DNA of 59,921 bases from positions 1 through 59,921 of the forward strand of contig NZBT01000011.1 of the NCBI GenBank assembly GCA_002688015.1, written 5' to 3'. This document shows positions 47,620 through 57,798 of this stretch, piece by piece. A model generated the notes under the pieces. The model made no database searches and was not told where the DNA came from. It worked only from the letters and a program-made list of their open reading frames with translations. Numbering within the stretch: the stretch's first letter is position 1; each line of letters starts with the position of its first letter. A program made the translations under genes and the position numbers. The stretch is from Candidatus Pacearchaeota archaeon (GTDB lineage Archaea; Nanobdellota; Nanobdellia; Pacearchaeales; GW2011-AR1).

Positions 47620-48819
47620 ATGGCAAGAAGAAAACTAAGCCTAGCAAAAAAAATCGCTTTTTCAGCAGTAGTAGGAGCAGGAGCTCTCGCAGCCGCAAAC
47701 GGAACTCTTGGAGTTTGGTGGGACCACATTTTGCCTGCAAGAGACATAGGAAAACAAATGACCTTTCAATTAAGTACTTATAACGAGAGAGTAAGACAAG
47801 AAACTAAACAAGCATCTTACATGAGATCCCAGGAAAGAATGGGAGGCCCAATAAAAGTAAAAAACAGATGGGGACACAGAAATCCTGATAATTACGATGT
47901 GATACCCCCAGAAGGACAATATAGAATAGCTTGCGTTGGAGAATCCACAACACTAGGAGAATTCGTGGAGATGCATGAAACTTGGCCTATTCAATTACAA
48001 GAAAGCCTATTCAAAAGATTCCCGAATAAAGATTACTTAGCAATGAACATGGGACATGGAGGAGCAGTTATGAAGACAACTCTCTTAGAATACATAAAGT
48101 TTCATCAAAAGTTTAACGCAGATTTGGTAATTCTCAAAGTAGGAATGAACGACGCTGAAGCAAGAGTAAGTCTCGCAACATCTGAAGCTAATCTTACCAT
48201 AGAACTAAACGAAACACCAAGATACGGGGAAACCCTCCTATTAAATCATTGGGGCACAAAAAACTTTGTTCAACCATTTTATCGTTGGTGGTTGCCTAAA
48301 AGTAATGAACAACTAACAGAAATGATGGAGAAAAGGGAAAAAGCAATAGAAGAAGGAAAAAGAAGAACAATTGAAGGATATGGGGGAGAAACTGAAGCAG
48401 AAGAAAAAGCCAGAGACACTAGTGCCTTTGAAGATTACGCAAGAACTCTAGTAAGATTGGCAAAACTAAACGGATCTGAAGTTATAATTTTCCAAATTCC
48501 TAGAAATCCTTACATGAAAAGAAAGGGATCCGGAAGACTAGAAGATTATGGATCACACGCGAATGATTTAGCATTACAAAGGATATCTAAAGAAGAAAAT
48601 GTTTTGTATGTGCCTGTAGATCCATTATCAATTCCAGAAAAAGAATGGAAAGACCATTGTCATGTTCTTAAAGGGGGCCAAAAAATTAAAACCAACCTAA
48701 TAGAAAAAGCCGTTCTCACTCATTTCCTAGATGAAGAAGGAAGACCACTTGATAGAAACTTAAAAGCCTTTGCCAAAAATCCAGACCACACCTTAAAAAC
48801 AACTGTGAATAACAATTAA
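47620..48819 (+). CDS. SGNH/GDSL hydrolase family protein, membrane-anchored
   Basis: IACVGESTT (block I), GMND (block III), DHCH (block V). Confidence 0.85.
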   Translation: MARRKLSLAKKIAFSAVVGAGALAAANGTLGVWWDHILPARDIGKQMTFQLSTYNERVRQETKQASYMRSQERMGGPIKVKNRWGHRNPDNYDVIPPEGQYRIACVGESTTLGEFVEMHETWPIQLQESLFKRFPNKDYLAMNMGHGGAVMKTTLLEYIKFHQKFNADLVILKVGMNDAEARVSLATSEANLTIELNETPRYGETLLLNHWGTKNFVQPFYRWWLPKSNEQLTEMMEKREKAIEEGKRRTIEGYGGETEAEEKARDTSAFEDYARTLVRLAKLNGSEVIIFQIPRNPYMKRKGSGRLEDYGSHANDLALQRISKEENVLYVPVDPLSIPEKEWKDHCHVLKGGQKIKTNLIEKAVLTHFLDEEGRPLDRNLKAFAKNPDHTLKTTVNNN

Positions 48820-48853
48820 CAAAACCTATAAATCCCTTCTCCCTATCTAATTC

Positions 48854-49417
48854 ATGCAAAAAGAGATCAAAGCCCGTTTAGAAGAATTTCAAAATCTCTC
48901 CGAAAAACAAAAATATCAAGAATTTTTATTTTGCCTTCTAACACCACAAAGCAAGGCACAAAGCTGCTGGCAAGCCGTCCTTGAACTTTCCCGATTAACA
49001 AAGAAAGAATGGACTCTTCCTAAAATAAAATCCATCATAAAAACAAAAACAAGATTCCACAACACTAAGGCAAAACGTGTCTTCAAAGCAAAAGAAACTT
49101 ACAAAACAATCAAACCTCTCCTTGAAGATGAATCACTATCAATACCTTATAAAAGAGCGGTCCTCTCAAAAACAGTAAATGGATACGGATTAAAAGAAGC
49201 AAGCCACTTTTTGAGGAACATCGGCCTTTCTCAAAACAAAATAGCCATCCTTGATCGTCATATATTAAAAAACCTGCGTGTCTCCAAAATAAAATCTCAA
49301 AAACACTATCTGCAAACTGAACGTCTTTTTCTTAGATATGCCAGACTTCTAAACAAAAAACCAGATGTTCTTGATCTTCAACTCTGGAGCAAAGAAAACG
49401 GAGAAATATTCAAATAA
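48854..49417 (+). CDS. ogg: 8-oxoguanine DNA glycosylase/AP lyase (archaeal Ogg2 type)
   Basis: FCLLTPQSKA, RFHNTKA, GYGLKEASHFLRNIG, AILDRHIL. Confidence 0.92.
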   Translation: MQKEIKARLEEFQNLSEKQKYQEFLFCLLTPQSKAQSCWQAVLELSRLTKKEWTLPKIKSIIKTKTRFHNTKAKRVFKAKETYKTIKPLLEDESLSIPYKRAVLSKTVNGYGLKEASHFLRNIGLSQNKIAILDRHILKNLRVSKIKSQKHYLQTERLFLRYARLLNKKPDVLDLQLWSKENGEIFK

Positions 49418-49459
49418 CCAATAGAAACATTTATATAATCTTATATAATACTATACAAC

Positions 49460-49675
49460 ATGGCAGTAAAGACATTTAATGTTGATCCGAAAGTATATCA
49501 AAAATTTTTACATTTGTGCAAAGATAATGGAATCAGTATGAGCAAACAAATAGAGATGTTCATGAAATCAAGAGTAGAAAACAAAGAAGAAGTCAGAGAA
49601 GAATATTTACAAAAACTAGAGAAGATAAGAAGAGGAAAATTTATTAGAGTGAATAACCTTGATGAAATATTATGA
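49460..49675 (+). CDS. Ribbon-helix-helix antitoxin
   Basis: KTFNVD..VY..F...C...GISMS..IE..M; ATGA overlap with the toxin gene. Confidence 0.75.
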   Translation: MAVKTFNVDPKVYQKFLHLCKDNGISMSKQIEMFMKSRVENKEEVREEYLQKLEKIRRGKFIRVNNLDEIL

Positions 49676-49938
49676 ATTATAAATTAGAGGTTGATGAAAA
49701 ACTAAGATTGAAATTTTTGAAAATAAAGAAAAAAGATAAATTACATTCTGAGATTATAAAAAGAAAAATCAATCACATTCTAGAAAACCCATATCAGTTT
49801 AAACCACTAAGAAACGAAATGGCAGGAATAAGGAGAGTTCATATAGGAAAGAGCTTTGTCTTAACTTACGAAATTCTAGAGAATGACAAGACAATTAAAC
49901 TATTAGATTATGATCATCACGATAAAATATTCAAATAA
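49672..49938 (+). CDS. RelE/StbE-family toxin
   Basis: NPYQFKPLRNEMAGIRRVHIGKSFVLTYEI...DYDHHD. Confidence 0.88.
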   Translation: MNYKLEVDEKLRLKFLKIKKKDKLHSEIIKRKINHILENPYQFKPLRNEMAGIRRVHIGKSFVLTYEILENDKTIKLLDYDHHDKIFK

Positions 49939-50412
49939 CTAATTAGAATCATAAAACTTATCGATTGTATCAATAATCAAACGAATAGCATCAAGGTAAA
50001 TAGAGGAAGCAACAACAGCTCTTGAAGAAAATTTTGTCTGCTTAGTTTTCTTAAAAAAACTTCTATCAAGATCAAGACTAAGAATGGTTTCGCCGCCTTC
50101 TGCTTTAACACTTCTTGAATTCAAAACAGAAGCTAATGGCAATGGCTCTCTTCTTGTTTCATCCAAAGCCAAAGACAAATAATTAGCAAGCTGAGAAGCA
50201 TCTCCTTCATTACTATATATTACTACATCTAACAACCCTTCCTTAGGAACCCTATCTACTTGTTCAGGGTCTATTGACAAACGATATTTTCCATTCAAAG
50301 TTAATTGGCTTGAAAATACCTCATCATAAGAAAGCCTTCCAGAATATTTATCTTCCCGTTCTGCCCTATTAAAAACACGAGCCATAACATCTTCATTAGT
50401 ATTCTTGACCAT
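49939..50412 (-). CDS. Hypothetical protein
   Basis: 157-aa ATG ORF with upstream TATA box. Confidence 0.55.
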   Translation of the reverse strand: MVKNTNEDVMARVFNRAEREDKYSGRLSYDEVFSSQLTLNGKYRLSIDPEQVDRVPKEGLLDVVIYSNEGDASQLANYLSLALDETRREPLPLASVLNSRSVKAEGGETILSLDLDRSFFKKTKQTKFSSRAVVASSIYLDAIRLIIDTIDKFYDSN

Positions 50413-50526
50413 AACTTTCTCCCTCTTTATAGCTTAAAAACCATTTATATACTGAAGGACATATAAAAATTCACTACTCAATCTTACATTAATAACTTTT
50501 ATTAAGCAACTTCTACTAAGATAATA

Positions 50527-51219
50527 ATGAAAAAGCTCATCGTTCTATCTCTCGGGGGCTCTTTAATAATCCCTAATGAAGTAGATCACAAATATATAGA
50601 AAAATTTAGATCTGTTCTTCGTTCCCTATATAAAACACATAAATTTGTAGTTGTCACAGGAGGCGGAGCAACAGCAAGAAAATACATTGCTCCATTAAAA
50701 AAAGAAGGGAAATCTCCAAGAGAACAAGCAGCAGCAGGAATAGCTGCAACAAGAATGAACGCTAAATTCATGATGCAATTCTTCGGACCTAATGAAGCAA
50801 ACGATGTCTTGCCTCTAAGCATGAAAACCGTCTCCAACAACCTAAAAAAGAATAACGTTGTTTTCTGCGGAGCCCTAAGATTTGCCCCAAAAGAAACAAC
50901 AGATGGAAGTGGAGCCAAACTAGCCAATTTCTTAAAAACAGACTTCATAAATCTAACAAACGTCTCCGGACTTTACACGAGCAATCCAAAGGCAAACAAA
51001 AAAGCAAAATTTATCAAAAAAATCAGTTGGAAAGATTTTGACTCTATGACTTCAAAAATAAAATTTCAAGCAGGCCAACACTTTGTATTAGATCAATCAG
51101 CAGCTAAACTAATTTATAAAAACAAAATCCCAACATATATCATCTCAGGCCATGATTTAAAACAATTAAAGAAAATACTTAAAGGGAAGAAATTCAAAGG
51201 TACTCTAATAGAAGGTTAA
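50527..51219 (+). CDS. pyrH: Uridylate kinase
   Basis: SLGGS, VTGGGATARKYI, GIAATRMNA, TTD, TNVSGLYTSNP, GTLI. Confidence 0.95.
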   Translation: MKKLIVLSLGGSLIIPNEVDHKYIEKFRSVLRSLYKTHKFVVVTGGGATARKYIAPLKKEGKSPREQAAAGIAATRMNAKFMMQFFGPNEANDVLPLSMKTVSNNLKKNNVVFCGALRFAPKETTDGSGAKLANFLKTDFINLTNVSGLYTSNPKANKKAKFIKKISWKDFDSMTSKIKFQAGQHFVLDQSAAKLIYKNKIPTYIISGHDLKQLKKILKGKKFKGTLIEG

Positions 51220-51220
51220 A

Positions 51221-51607
51221 ATGATAACAGAACCTAATGCCTCCAAAGCAAAGCAGTTAATAAAAAACTCGAAATCTGAAAACATAGAGATTCTCTCACA
51301 AGATCATGCATTCAATCGCGCCGTAATAGAATACGGTAAGTTTTCCACAATAATTTTCCCAAACACGAAAATAAAAACGCGAAGAACACTAAGAATGATT
51401 GATTCTGGACTTGATCGTGTCTCAGCAAAAGCGGCTGCAAAGAATAAAATCACTATATCCTACGATATCTCCGCCCTAAGAAATCTTTCCAAAAAAGAAA
51501 AAGCCATAGAAATGGAAAAATTCCTTAGGATTATAAAACTAGTAAGGAAACACAAAGCAAAATTTCAATTTCTCAACGCAAAAAGCAATCAGCCATTAAG
51601 TTTTTAA
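51221..51607 (+). CDS. Truncated RNase P subunit Rpp30-like protein
   Basis: FNRAVIE, DSGLDRVSAKAAAKNKITI, KLVRKH; only 128 aa. Confidence 0.6.
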   Translation: MITEPNASKAKQLIKNSKSENIEILSQDHAFNRAVIEYGKFSTIIFPNTKIKTRRTLRMIDSGLDRVSAKAAAKNKITISYDISALRNLSKKEKAIEMEKFLRIIKLVRKHKAKFQFLNAKSNQPLSF

Positions 51608-51629
51608 TCCTGGCTTCTTTACAAATAAA

Positions 51630-53159
51630 ATGCCTGAAAAAGAAAATATACAAAAAATCATTGAATCTCTTTCCCCCATAGAAAGATCCATAATACCTCA
51701 CCTAAATTCCCCTATCCCTGAAATAATTGAAAAATCTGGCTTAGACTCTACTTCTGTTTTAAGAGCCCTTCAATTTCTATCTAACAAAGGTCTTATAATA
51801 TTTTCAAAAACAACAAAATCCGTCATAGATTTAGGAACAAACGGAGTTTATTATAAAAAGAATCATCTCCCAGAACGTCGTCTGATACTCCTATTAGAAG
51901 AAAAAAACCATCTCCCTATACAAGAAGCAAAAAAGCTTTCCAAACTAAGTGACAACGAATTCAAAGTCTCCTTGGGTGTTCTAAAATCAAAAGCCCTTAT
52001 CTCATTAGATAACGGAAAAATATCATTACAAGCAAAAAAAGAAGAACTAACAAAAAATACAATTGAAGAAGCTCTTTTAGAACTCTTGCCAATAGAAGAA
52101 TCAAAAATAAAAGATGAGCAACTCTTAGCTCTTCAAAATCTTCAAAAAAGAAAAGATATAATTGAAATAAACAAAAAAACCATAGTCTCTTTCTCAACCA
52201 CAGACTTAGGAAAACAAATAGCAAGTACTCCTCTCCAAACAGACCTAATAGAGTCTGTGACTCCAAAACTGATAAAATCTTGGAATTCTCAAAAATCAAA
52301 GAGATTTAGATCTTATGATCTTTCTTCTACAGGCCCAAAAATATATGGAGGAAAAAAGCATTTCGTAAATCAAGGAATTGAATACGGAAAACGTATCTGG
52401 CTTGATCTCGGATTCAAAGAGATGCAAGGAAGTTTAGTACAAACAAGTTTTTGGAACTTCGATGCCTTATTCACTGCTCAAGATCATCCCGTAAGAGATT
52501 TACAAGATACATTCTATATTAAAGACATAAAGGGCCAACTTCCGAAAGATAAAAATCTTGTAAAAGCAGTCAAACAAGCCCATGAATCCGGCGTCAAAGA
52601 CAGTAAAGGATGGCAATACTCTTGGGATCCAGAAGAAGCATCTTCAGTTGTCTTAAGAACACATACTACTTGCCTTTCAGCTCAAACCCTGTCTTCCCTA
52701 GACATAAAAAAGGATCTTCCTGCAAAATTCTTCTCTATAGGAAAAGTCTTACGAAATGAAACTGTCGACTGGTCTCATGGATTTGAATTTCTCCAGACAG
52801 AAGGAATCGTAGTCTCCGAATCTGTCTCTTTCCGTGACTTATTGGGGTACTTACAAGAATTCTATAAAAAGATGGGCTTCGAAAAAATTCGTTTCGCTCC
52901 CGCTTATTTCCCTTACACAGAGCCAAGTGTAGAAGTCTCCGTCTATCATCCTGAAAAAAAAGTCTGGCTTGAACTAGGCGGGGCTGGGATCTTCCGTCCA
53001 GAATTAACAATCCCTCTACTTGGGAAAGCAATTCCCGTGCTAGCTTGGGGACAAGGATTCGATAGAATTCTCATGGATTACTACAAAATCAAAGACTTCA
53101 GAGAATTTTATCAAAACAATCTAAAATCTCTCAGAGAAAAGAGGGCATTTATAAAATAA
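51630..53159 (+). CDS. pheS: Phenylalanine--tRNA ligase alpha subunit
   Basis: FWNFDALF, QDHPVRDLQDTF, LRTHTT, YFPYTEPS, ELGGAGIFRPE. Confidence 0.97.
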   Translation: MPEKENIQKIIESLSPIERSIIPHLNSPIPEIIEKSGLDSTSVLRALQFLSNKGLIIFSKTTKSVIDLGTNGVYYKKNHLPERRLILLLEEKNHLPIQEAKKLSKLSDNEFKVSLGVLKSKALISLDNGKISLQAKKEELTKNTIEEALLELLPIEESKIKDEQLLALQNLQKRKDIIEINKKTIVSFSTTDLGKQIASTPLQTDLIESVTPKLIKSWNSQKSKRFRSYDLSSTGPKIYGGKKHFVNQGIEYGKRIWLDLGFKEMQGSLVQTSFWNFDALFTAQDHPVRDLQDTFYIKDIKGQLPKDKNLVKAVKQAHESGVKDSKGWQYSWDPEEASSVVLRTHTTCLSAQTLSSLDIKKDLPAKFFSIGKVLRNETVDWSHGFEFLQTEGIVVSESVSFRDLLGYLQEFYKKMGFEKIRFAPAYFPYTEPSVEVSVYHPEKKVWLELGGAGIFRPELTIPLLGKAIPVLAWGQGFDRILMDYYKIKDFREFYQNNLKSLREKRAFIK

Positions 53160-53160
53160 A

Positions 53161-54798
53161 ATGGCAAACGTAAAATTTCCAAGAAAAGAATTCGAATCTT
53201 CTTTAGGAAGCAAGATAACAAAAGAAATGGAATCTCTAATTCCCCTATTCGGAACTCCATTGGAATCCTTATCTGATTCCGAAATTGAACTAGAAATATT
53301 CCCTAACAGGCCTGACCTATTAAGTATGCAAGGCTTTCTTCGCGCATTCAAAGCATTTATAGGTAAATCTCCTGGCCTTAAGGGATATAAAATTAACCCT
53401 CCAGAAAAAAAATATAAAGTTACTATTTCCCCTTCTGTAAAACCCGTACGTCCCTTCACAGCTTGTGCAATTGTTAAAAATCTTAAATTCAATGATGAAT
53501 CAATAAAGGAAATTGTAGATCTTCAAGAAAAACTCCACAGCACTGTAGGAAGAAATAGGAAAAAACTCGCAATTGGTATTTATCCCCTAGAAAAAATCAA
53601 ACTCCCCATAAAATACCTTGCTCTCCCCCCTAGTAAAATACATTTTATTCCCTTAGAATCAGAAAGGGAACTCTCCGGGCAACAAATACTACAAAAACAT
53701 CCTGCTGGGAGAGAATATGCCCATCTTCTTGAAGATAAAGACAAATATCCTGTTTTCGTAGATGCAAACAACAAAATCCTCTCAATGCCTCCAATTATAA
53801 ACTCTCATGATACAGGAAAAATCACTGAGTCTACTGATTCCGTATTTATAGAATGCTCCGGTTGGGATCAACAAGTACTACAAAAAACACTTAATATAAT
53901 TGTTACAACTCTCTCTGATCTAGGGGGGAAAGTATATTCAATGAATCTTCATTATGGAAGTAAAAAGCTTGTCACACCAGATCTCTCTACTGAGAAAATA
54001 AAAATCTCTCTTCCAGACATTAACAAACTTCTCGGTTTAGATCTAAAAGAATCGGACCTTTCCAAGCTCCTTCCAAAAATGGGATATGATTACAAAAACT
54101 CCATAGTCCAAATTCCTGCCTGGAGAACAGATATCTTACATCCTGTAGATATCACAGAAGACATTGCTATAGCTTATGGATATGACAACCTTGTGCCTTC
54201 AATTCCTAATGTTGCAACAGTTGCTTCTGAGTCTCAGCAAAGTAAAATAGAATCAAAGATCAGAGAAATCCTAATAGGTCTTGAATTAATTGAAATTTCC
54301 TCATATCATTTAATAAAGGCCTCTGAATCCAGACTCTACAAACTGAAATCTGTGATTGCACTAGAGGATTCCAAAACAGAATACAAAATTCTTCGCCCCA
54401 ACCTCTTAATCCCAGCCTTAAGAATTCTTGCTGAAAACAAAGACAATGAATACCCTCAAAACATATTTGAATTGGGAACTATATTCTCCCATGACGAAAA
54501 AACCGAAACAGGCCTTTCTGAATCCACTAATTTGTTAATTGCTTCTTCTCCAAGTAACTTCACAGATTTAAAGAAAATTCTCGACTATTTCGCTTCTTCT
54601 TTATCTATTAAGTTAGAAATAAAAGAATCCGAACATCAATCACTAATTCCTGGAAGAACAGCCTCAGTCCTATTAAACAACAAACCTATTGGATACATCG
54701 GAGAAGTTCATCCTCACACATTAAATCAATGGAATGTTAAGATGCCTCTTTCCGTTTTGGAAATCAGTTTAGAAGAAATTTTTAATCTCTTAGAGTGA
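53161..54798 (+). CDS. pheT: Phenylalanine--tRNA ligase beta subunit
   Basis: PNRPDLLS, QEKLH, LSMPPIINS, RTDILHPVDITEDIAIAYGY, GEVHP. Confidence 0.97.
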   Translation: MANVKFPRKEFESSLGSKITKEMESLIPLFGTPLESLSDSEIELEIFPNRPDLLSMQGFLRAFKAFIGKSPGLKGYKINPPEKKYKVTISPSVKPVRPFTACAIVKNLKFNDESIKEIVDLQEKLHSTVGRNRKKLAIGIYPLEKIKLPIKYLALPPSKIHFIPLESERELSGQQILQKHPAGREYAHLLEDKDKYPVFVDANNKILSMPPIINSHDTGKITESTDSVFIECSGWDQQVLQKTLNIIVTTLSDLGGKVYSMNLHYGSKKLVTPDLSTEKIKISLPDINKLLGLDLKESDLSKLLPKMGYDYKNSIVQIPAWRTDILHPVDITEDIAIAYGYDNLVPSIPNVATVASESQQSKIESKIREILIGLELIEISSYHLIKASESRLYKLKSVIALEDSKTEYKILRPNLLIPALRILAENKDNEYPQNIFELGTIFSHDEKTETGLSESTNLLIASSPSNFTDLKKILDYFASSLSIKLEIKESEHQSLIPGRTASVLLNNKPIGYIGEVHPHTLNQWNVKMPLSVLEISLEEIFNLLE

Positions 54799-55192
54799 GA
54801 TCTCTTTCTCTTGCTAAAGCATCCAGATACAACGATATTTGAGGGTATATTCCCTCTTCTGTTATAAAATGAATATCTTCATGATCTCTCCAATCGTACC
54901 CTTTTTCTATCACGGCATCAAGATATTGTTTAGAATTACTTAGAGTAACTTGACGTTTAATAAACTCCGAAGCCAAAAGTGAAGTAAGATGCCTAGCATG
55001 AACAAAATCCATCGTTGATGTATCTAAATCATAAGGAAGGCCTACAACATATAAAAGTCGTTCTCTTTTAGTCGGATCCTCTGGCAATTCAGATTTCCAA
55101 TCAGAAAGTTTTTCAAGCAACCATCCAACTGCTCCAGTGCTAGGACCAATAACATCTGTTTCGCCAATATGTCCTCTCTCTCCTAATACCAT
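54782..55192 (-). CDS. Hypothetical protein
   Basis: ATG ORF with upstream TATA box. Confidence 0.55.
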   Translation of the reverse strand: MVLGERGHIGETDVIGPSTGAVGWLLEKLSDWKSELPEDPTKRERLLYVVGLPYDLDTSTMDFVHARHLTSLLASEFIKRQVTLSNSKQYLDAVIEKGYDWRDHEDIHFITEEGIYPQISLYLDALARERDLTLRD

Positions 55193-55232
55193 AAAAATTA
55201 GTGAACAAGATCCTTAATAAATATTTATGTAA

Positions 55233-55703
55233 TCAACCAAAATAATTCTTTTCCTTCTTTTGAAATTCCTTAGGATTTCTCATATTCTTAAGAATTTGCT
55301 TCAAATCTCCTTTGATATCCTTCCAAGAACCAAAAATCTTCTTAATAACTTCTGATTCTTCTTTCTCATCATATTCTATCTCCAAATCAAGAGAATCCAC
55401 AATCAAACCTGCTAAAACACCATACATCTTGTTAATCTTATTTCTATCATCCTGGCCCATTGTATTCAAATAAACAGCATACATCCGAGGAGCATTCATA
55501 GGATTTAACATCATCTCCAAAAACCCAAGAGTATTTACAATTTTATCCATCATGGTCTTTCTAATAGACTTAACAAAATTACCACTTATCTTATCAAGCT
55601 TATCAATTTCAAAATCATTATTCAACTCTTTAAAACTAGGTAACTTATACTTTTTCTCATATTTTGCATATTCCTCTTCTAACTCTTTAAATTCAATGCT
55701 CAT
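55233..55703 (-). CDS. Hypothetical helical protein
   Basis: SD-like GAGGGAG; KYKLPSF..LN..FEI; ends in YFG. Confidence 0.7.
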   Translation of the reverse strand: MSIEFKELEEEYAKYEKKYKLPSFKELNNDFEIDKLDKISGNFVKSIRKTMMDKIVNTLGFLEMMLNPMNAPRMYAVYLNTMGQDDRNKINKMYGVLAGLIVDSLDLEIEYDEKEESEVIKKIFGSWKDIKGDLKQILKNMRNPKEFQKKEKNYFG

Positions 55704-55742
55704 AGCTCCCTCACAAAAACTTGCTTTATATAATTAACTAAA

Positions 55743-56240
55743 TCAACATTCCAATCTAAACTTATCCTGTCCCACTTCAACAGATGCACATGCTGCATCT
55801 TTTTCAATATCATCTATTTTCATAACTAAAAATCTCTGCCTAATAGTATAGTACGGCTTCACAACTAAAGGCACGAATGGAGAACTCGTCTCAGACTCTT
55901 CAATACATTTTCCAGCTATTTTAGGATTAACAATAAGTTTTATTGTAAGATTTAACTCCCGATCTTCCTCATTAGTAACTGCAACATCATAATGATAGTA
56001 ATCATCATCAATTTCTCCAAGTTTAGGATTGAGGTAATCTATCGAAAAAGTCAAATTATTCCTAACCCTCTTGCATCCTTCTTGAACAAAAGTACCGTTC
56101 TCCCCAAATCTATCAGATAATTCAGTCCCTCTATTTTGTTTGTCTTTCTCCCCATAATTCAATTTAAAAAAGAGTCCTGCAAAAACTATCAAAATCAAAA
56201 CTAAAATTATCAATGCATATGTTTCAAATCCTTTCCTCAT
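55743..56240 (-). CDS. Hypothetical membrane-anchored protein (possible class III signal)
   Basis: MRKG|FE followed by a hydrophobic helix. Confidence 0.6.
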   Translation of the reverse strand: MRKGFETYALIILVLILIVFAGLFFKLNYGEKDKQNRGTELSDRFGENGTFVQEGCKRVRNNLTFSIDYLNPKLGEIDDDYYHYDVAVTNEEDRELNLTIKLIVNPKIAGKCIEESETSSPFVPLVVKPYYTIRQRFLVMKIDDIEKDAACASVEVGQDKFRLEC

Positions 56241-56287
56241 TTAAAACTTAAAATCCCAAACTATTTATTCTTTCGTATAAAGAATAA

Positions 56288-56463
56288 AGCCACTACCGGG
56301 AATCGAACCCGGGACCTCTACATATTCACTATATCAAAGGAAGGTGACCTATTATGGAAAACTTCAATCTCGTTTTGAGTTGGAGTTCCAGAGAGTAAAA
56401 CTCTCTAGGACCTTGATTTCATATAATACCAATGTAGCACTCTACCGGCTGAGCTATAGTGGC
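56288..56463 (-). tRNA. tRNA-Thr(GGU) with a ~103-nt insertion in the anticodon loop (56324-56426)
   Basis: Acceptor GCCACTA/TAGTGGC, U73, anticodon stem CTACA/TGTAG, T arm CCGGG-TTCGATT-CCCGG. Confidence 0.88.
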
Positions 56464-56504
56464 CTAACTCCTAAAAAATTCAATCATATAAAAAGATTGT
56501 GCAG

Positions 56505-56759
56505 CTAACTATCTCCAAAAAGTCCAGAGTTTCTAAGAACTTTAGAACCTATATCAGTAGAATCATTAGGAAGCCATTCTGACTTTACAACATACCCAGT
56601 AATAGCCTTAGCATTATCAAACAAATTTGAAAGCCAACTAGTATAAATTCCAACAAACTTATCAAAATCATCAGAATCTGAAAGGTAAAGATTCTGCGTA
56701 CTTACTATAAACAATGCACCTATAAACAAGAATTTAATAACGATTAAACTGAGCTTCAT
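56505..56759 (-). CDS. Small membrane protein, paralog of 56765-57064
   Basis: Shared motif Y.SWL.....N...I.GYVV...W. Confidence 0.7.
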   Translation of the reverse strand: MKLSLIVIKFLFIGALFIVSTQNLYLSDSDDFDKFVGIYTSWLSNLFDNAKAITGYVVKSEWLPNDSTDIGSKVLRNSGLFGDS

Positions 56760-56764
56760 GTTGC

Positions 56765-57064
56765 CTATCCTATAGTGTCGTTAACACCCCAATCTTGATT
56801 CACAACATATCCTGCAATTTTAGCACCATTGCCCATTATTGATCCAAGCCAACTAAAATAAGCTTTAATAAAACCTATAACTCCATCGAAAGAAGTCAAA
56901 TCAGCAGAAGAATCAACGTAAACAATCGCCAAAGAAATAATAATAAGAAGGATTGAAACAGCTATCAAAAAATTAATAAACGGTCCATGAAGATTCTGAG
57001 CCTGATAAAGGTATACAACTATAAATGCAAGAAAAACCAGAATAATAATCAACAGTAACCCCAT
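56765..57064 (-). CDS. Small membrane protein, paralog of 56505-56759
   Basis: Two TMs plus the shared motif. Confidence 0.7.
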   Translation of the reverse strand: MGLLLIIILVFLAFIVVYLYQAQNLHGPFINFLIAVSILLIIISLAIVYVDSSADLTSFDGVIGFIKAYFSWLGSIMGNGAKIAGYVVNQDWGVNDTIG

Positions 57065-57101
57065 AACAAGTCATATCTAAAATTCTATAAAAACCTTTCT
57101 A

Positions 57102-57560
57102 CTAAAAATAATATACAAATAGAACAACAATTAGAGTTATATTAATGAAGACAAAGGTCCAGAAAAGAACATCCTCTATCCTTCCCCCTGTAGTAACCTT
57201 TCCAGAGGACACTTGCTTAATTGGCCAAAAAGGCTTTATTCCTCTAGGAGTGAAACTATCTGCAAACAAATGAAAACCATATCCTAAAAAGAAGGGGAAA
57301 GCTAAAATAGGATAAAAAAAGGCAAAAAGCAAAGAAACAAGTATACAAAACGTATAACTATGGAAAATACCTCTATGAGTTGAAAGATCGCTTATAGGCT
57401 TCCCAAACCAAGTTTTTCCCAAAAAACTGCTCGGAGAATCAATATCAGGCAAAATACTAGAAACTAAAACCACAATCAAGAACAAAGCCTTACTCTCAAT
57501 ATGCGGCAAAAACTGCAATGCAACTGCCAATCCAATAACTAAATGGGTCCTCCTTAACAT
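57102..57560 (-). CDS. Membrane-bound metal-dependent hydrolase (YdjM-like)
   Basis: THL, LPDID, HRGIFHS, HLFADSFT..GI..FWP. Confidence 0.92.
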   Translation of the reverse strand: MLRRTHLVIGLAVALQFLPHIESKALFLIVVLVSSILPDIDSPSSFLGKTWFGKPISDLSTHRGIFHSYTFCILVSLLFAFFYPILAFPFFLGYGFHLFADSFTPRGIKPFWPIKQVSSGKVTTGGRIEDVLFWTFVFINITLIVVLFVYYF

Positions 57561-57614
57561 TTCTAAAAGAATGAAAAGAAACATTTAAATGTATCTTTCA
57601 GGACCTTCATATAT

Positions 57615-57687
57615 AGCCCCTTAGTATAGTGGTCAAGTATACGTGGTTCTGGGCCATGTGACCCAGGTTCGAATCCTGGAGGGGCTA
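57615..57687 (+). tRNA. tRNA-Gln(CUG)
   Basis: A1-U72 acceptor AGCCCCT/AGGGGCT (archaeal Gln signature), anticodon CTG. Confidence 0.95.
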
Positions 57688-57731
57688 TTTTCGCAATATT
57701 TTTACCTGATATCTCGTTAGAGATGATGGTT

Positions 57732-57755
57732 AAAGATTTCCTTGGAAATCTTTTT
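57732..57755 (+). terminator. 10-bp inverted repeat plus T-run after tRNA-Gln
   Basis: AAAGATTTCC-tt-GGAAATCTTT-TT; could instead be an operator. Confidence 0.4.
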
Positions 57756-57798
57756 ATACTCTTTATACCTCAATATTCTATGGCAAGGGAAGCATAAA

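Noticed and set aside
47363-47740. 125-aa minus-strand ORF
   Set aside because: The 5' part overlaps the SGNH gene and no ATG is available. The 3' part may be a gene remnant but cannot be supported.
49460-49938. RelBE-like pair as the marker of a provirus or island
   Set aside because: No integrase, att repeats or viral genes nearby; it looks like a solitary TA module.
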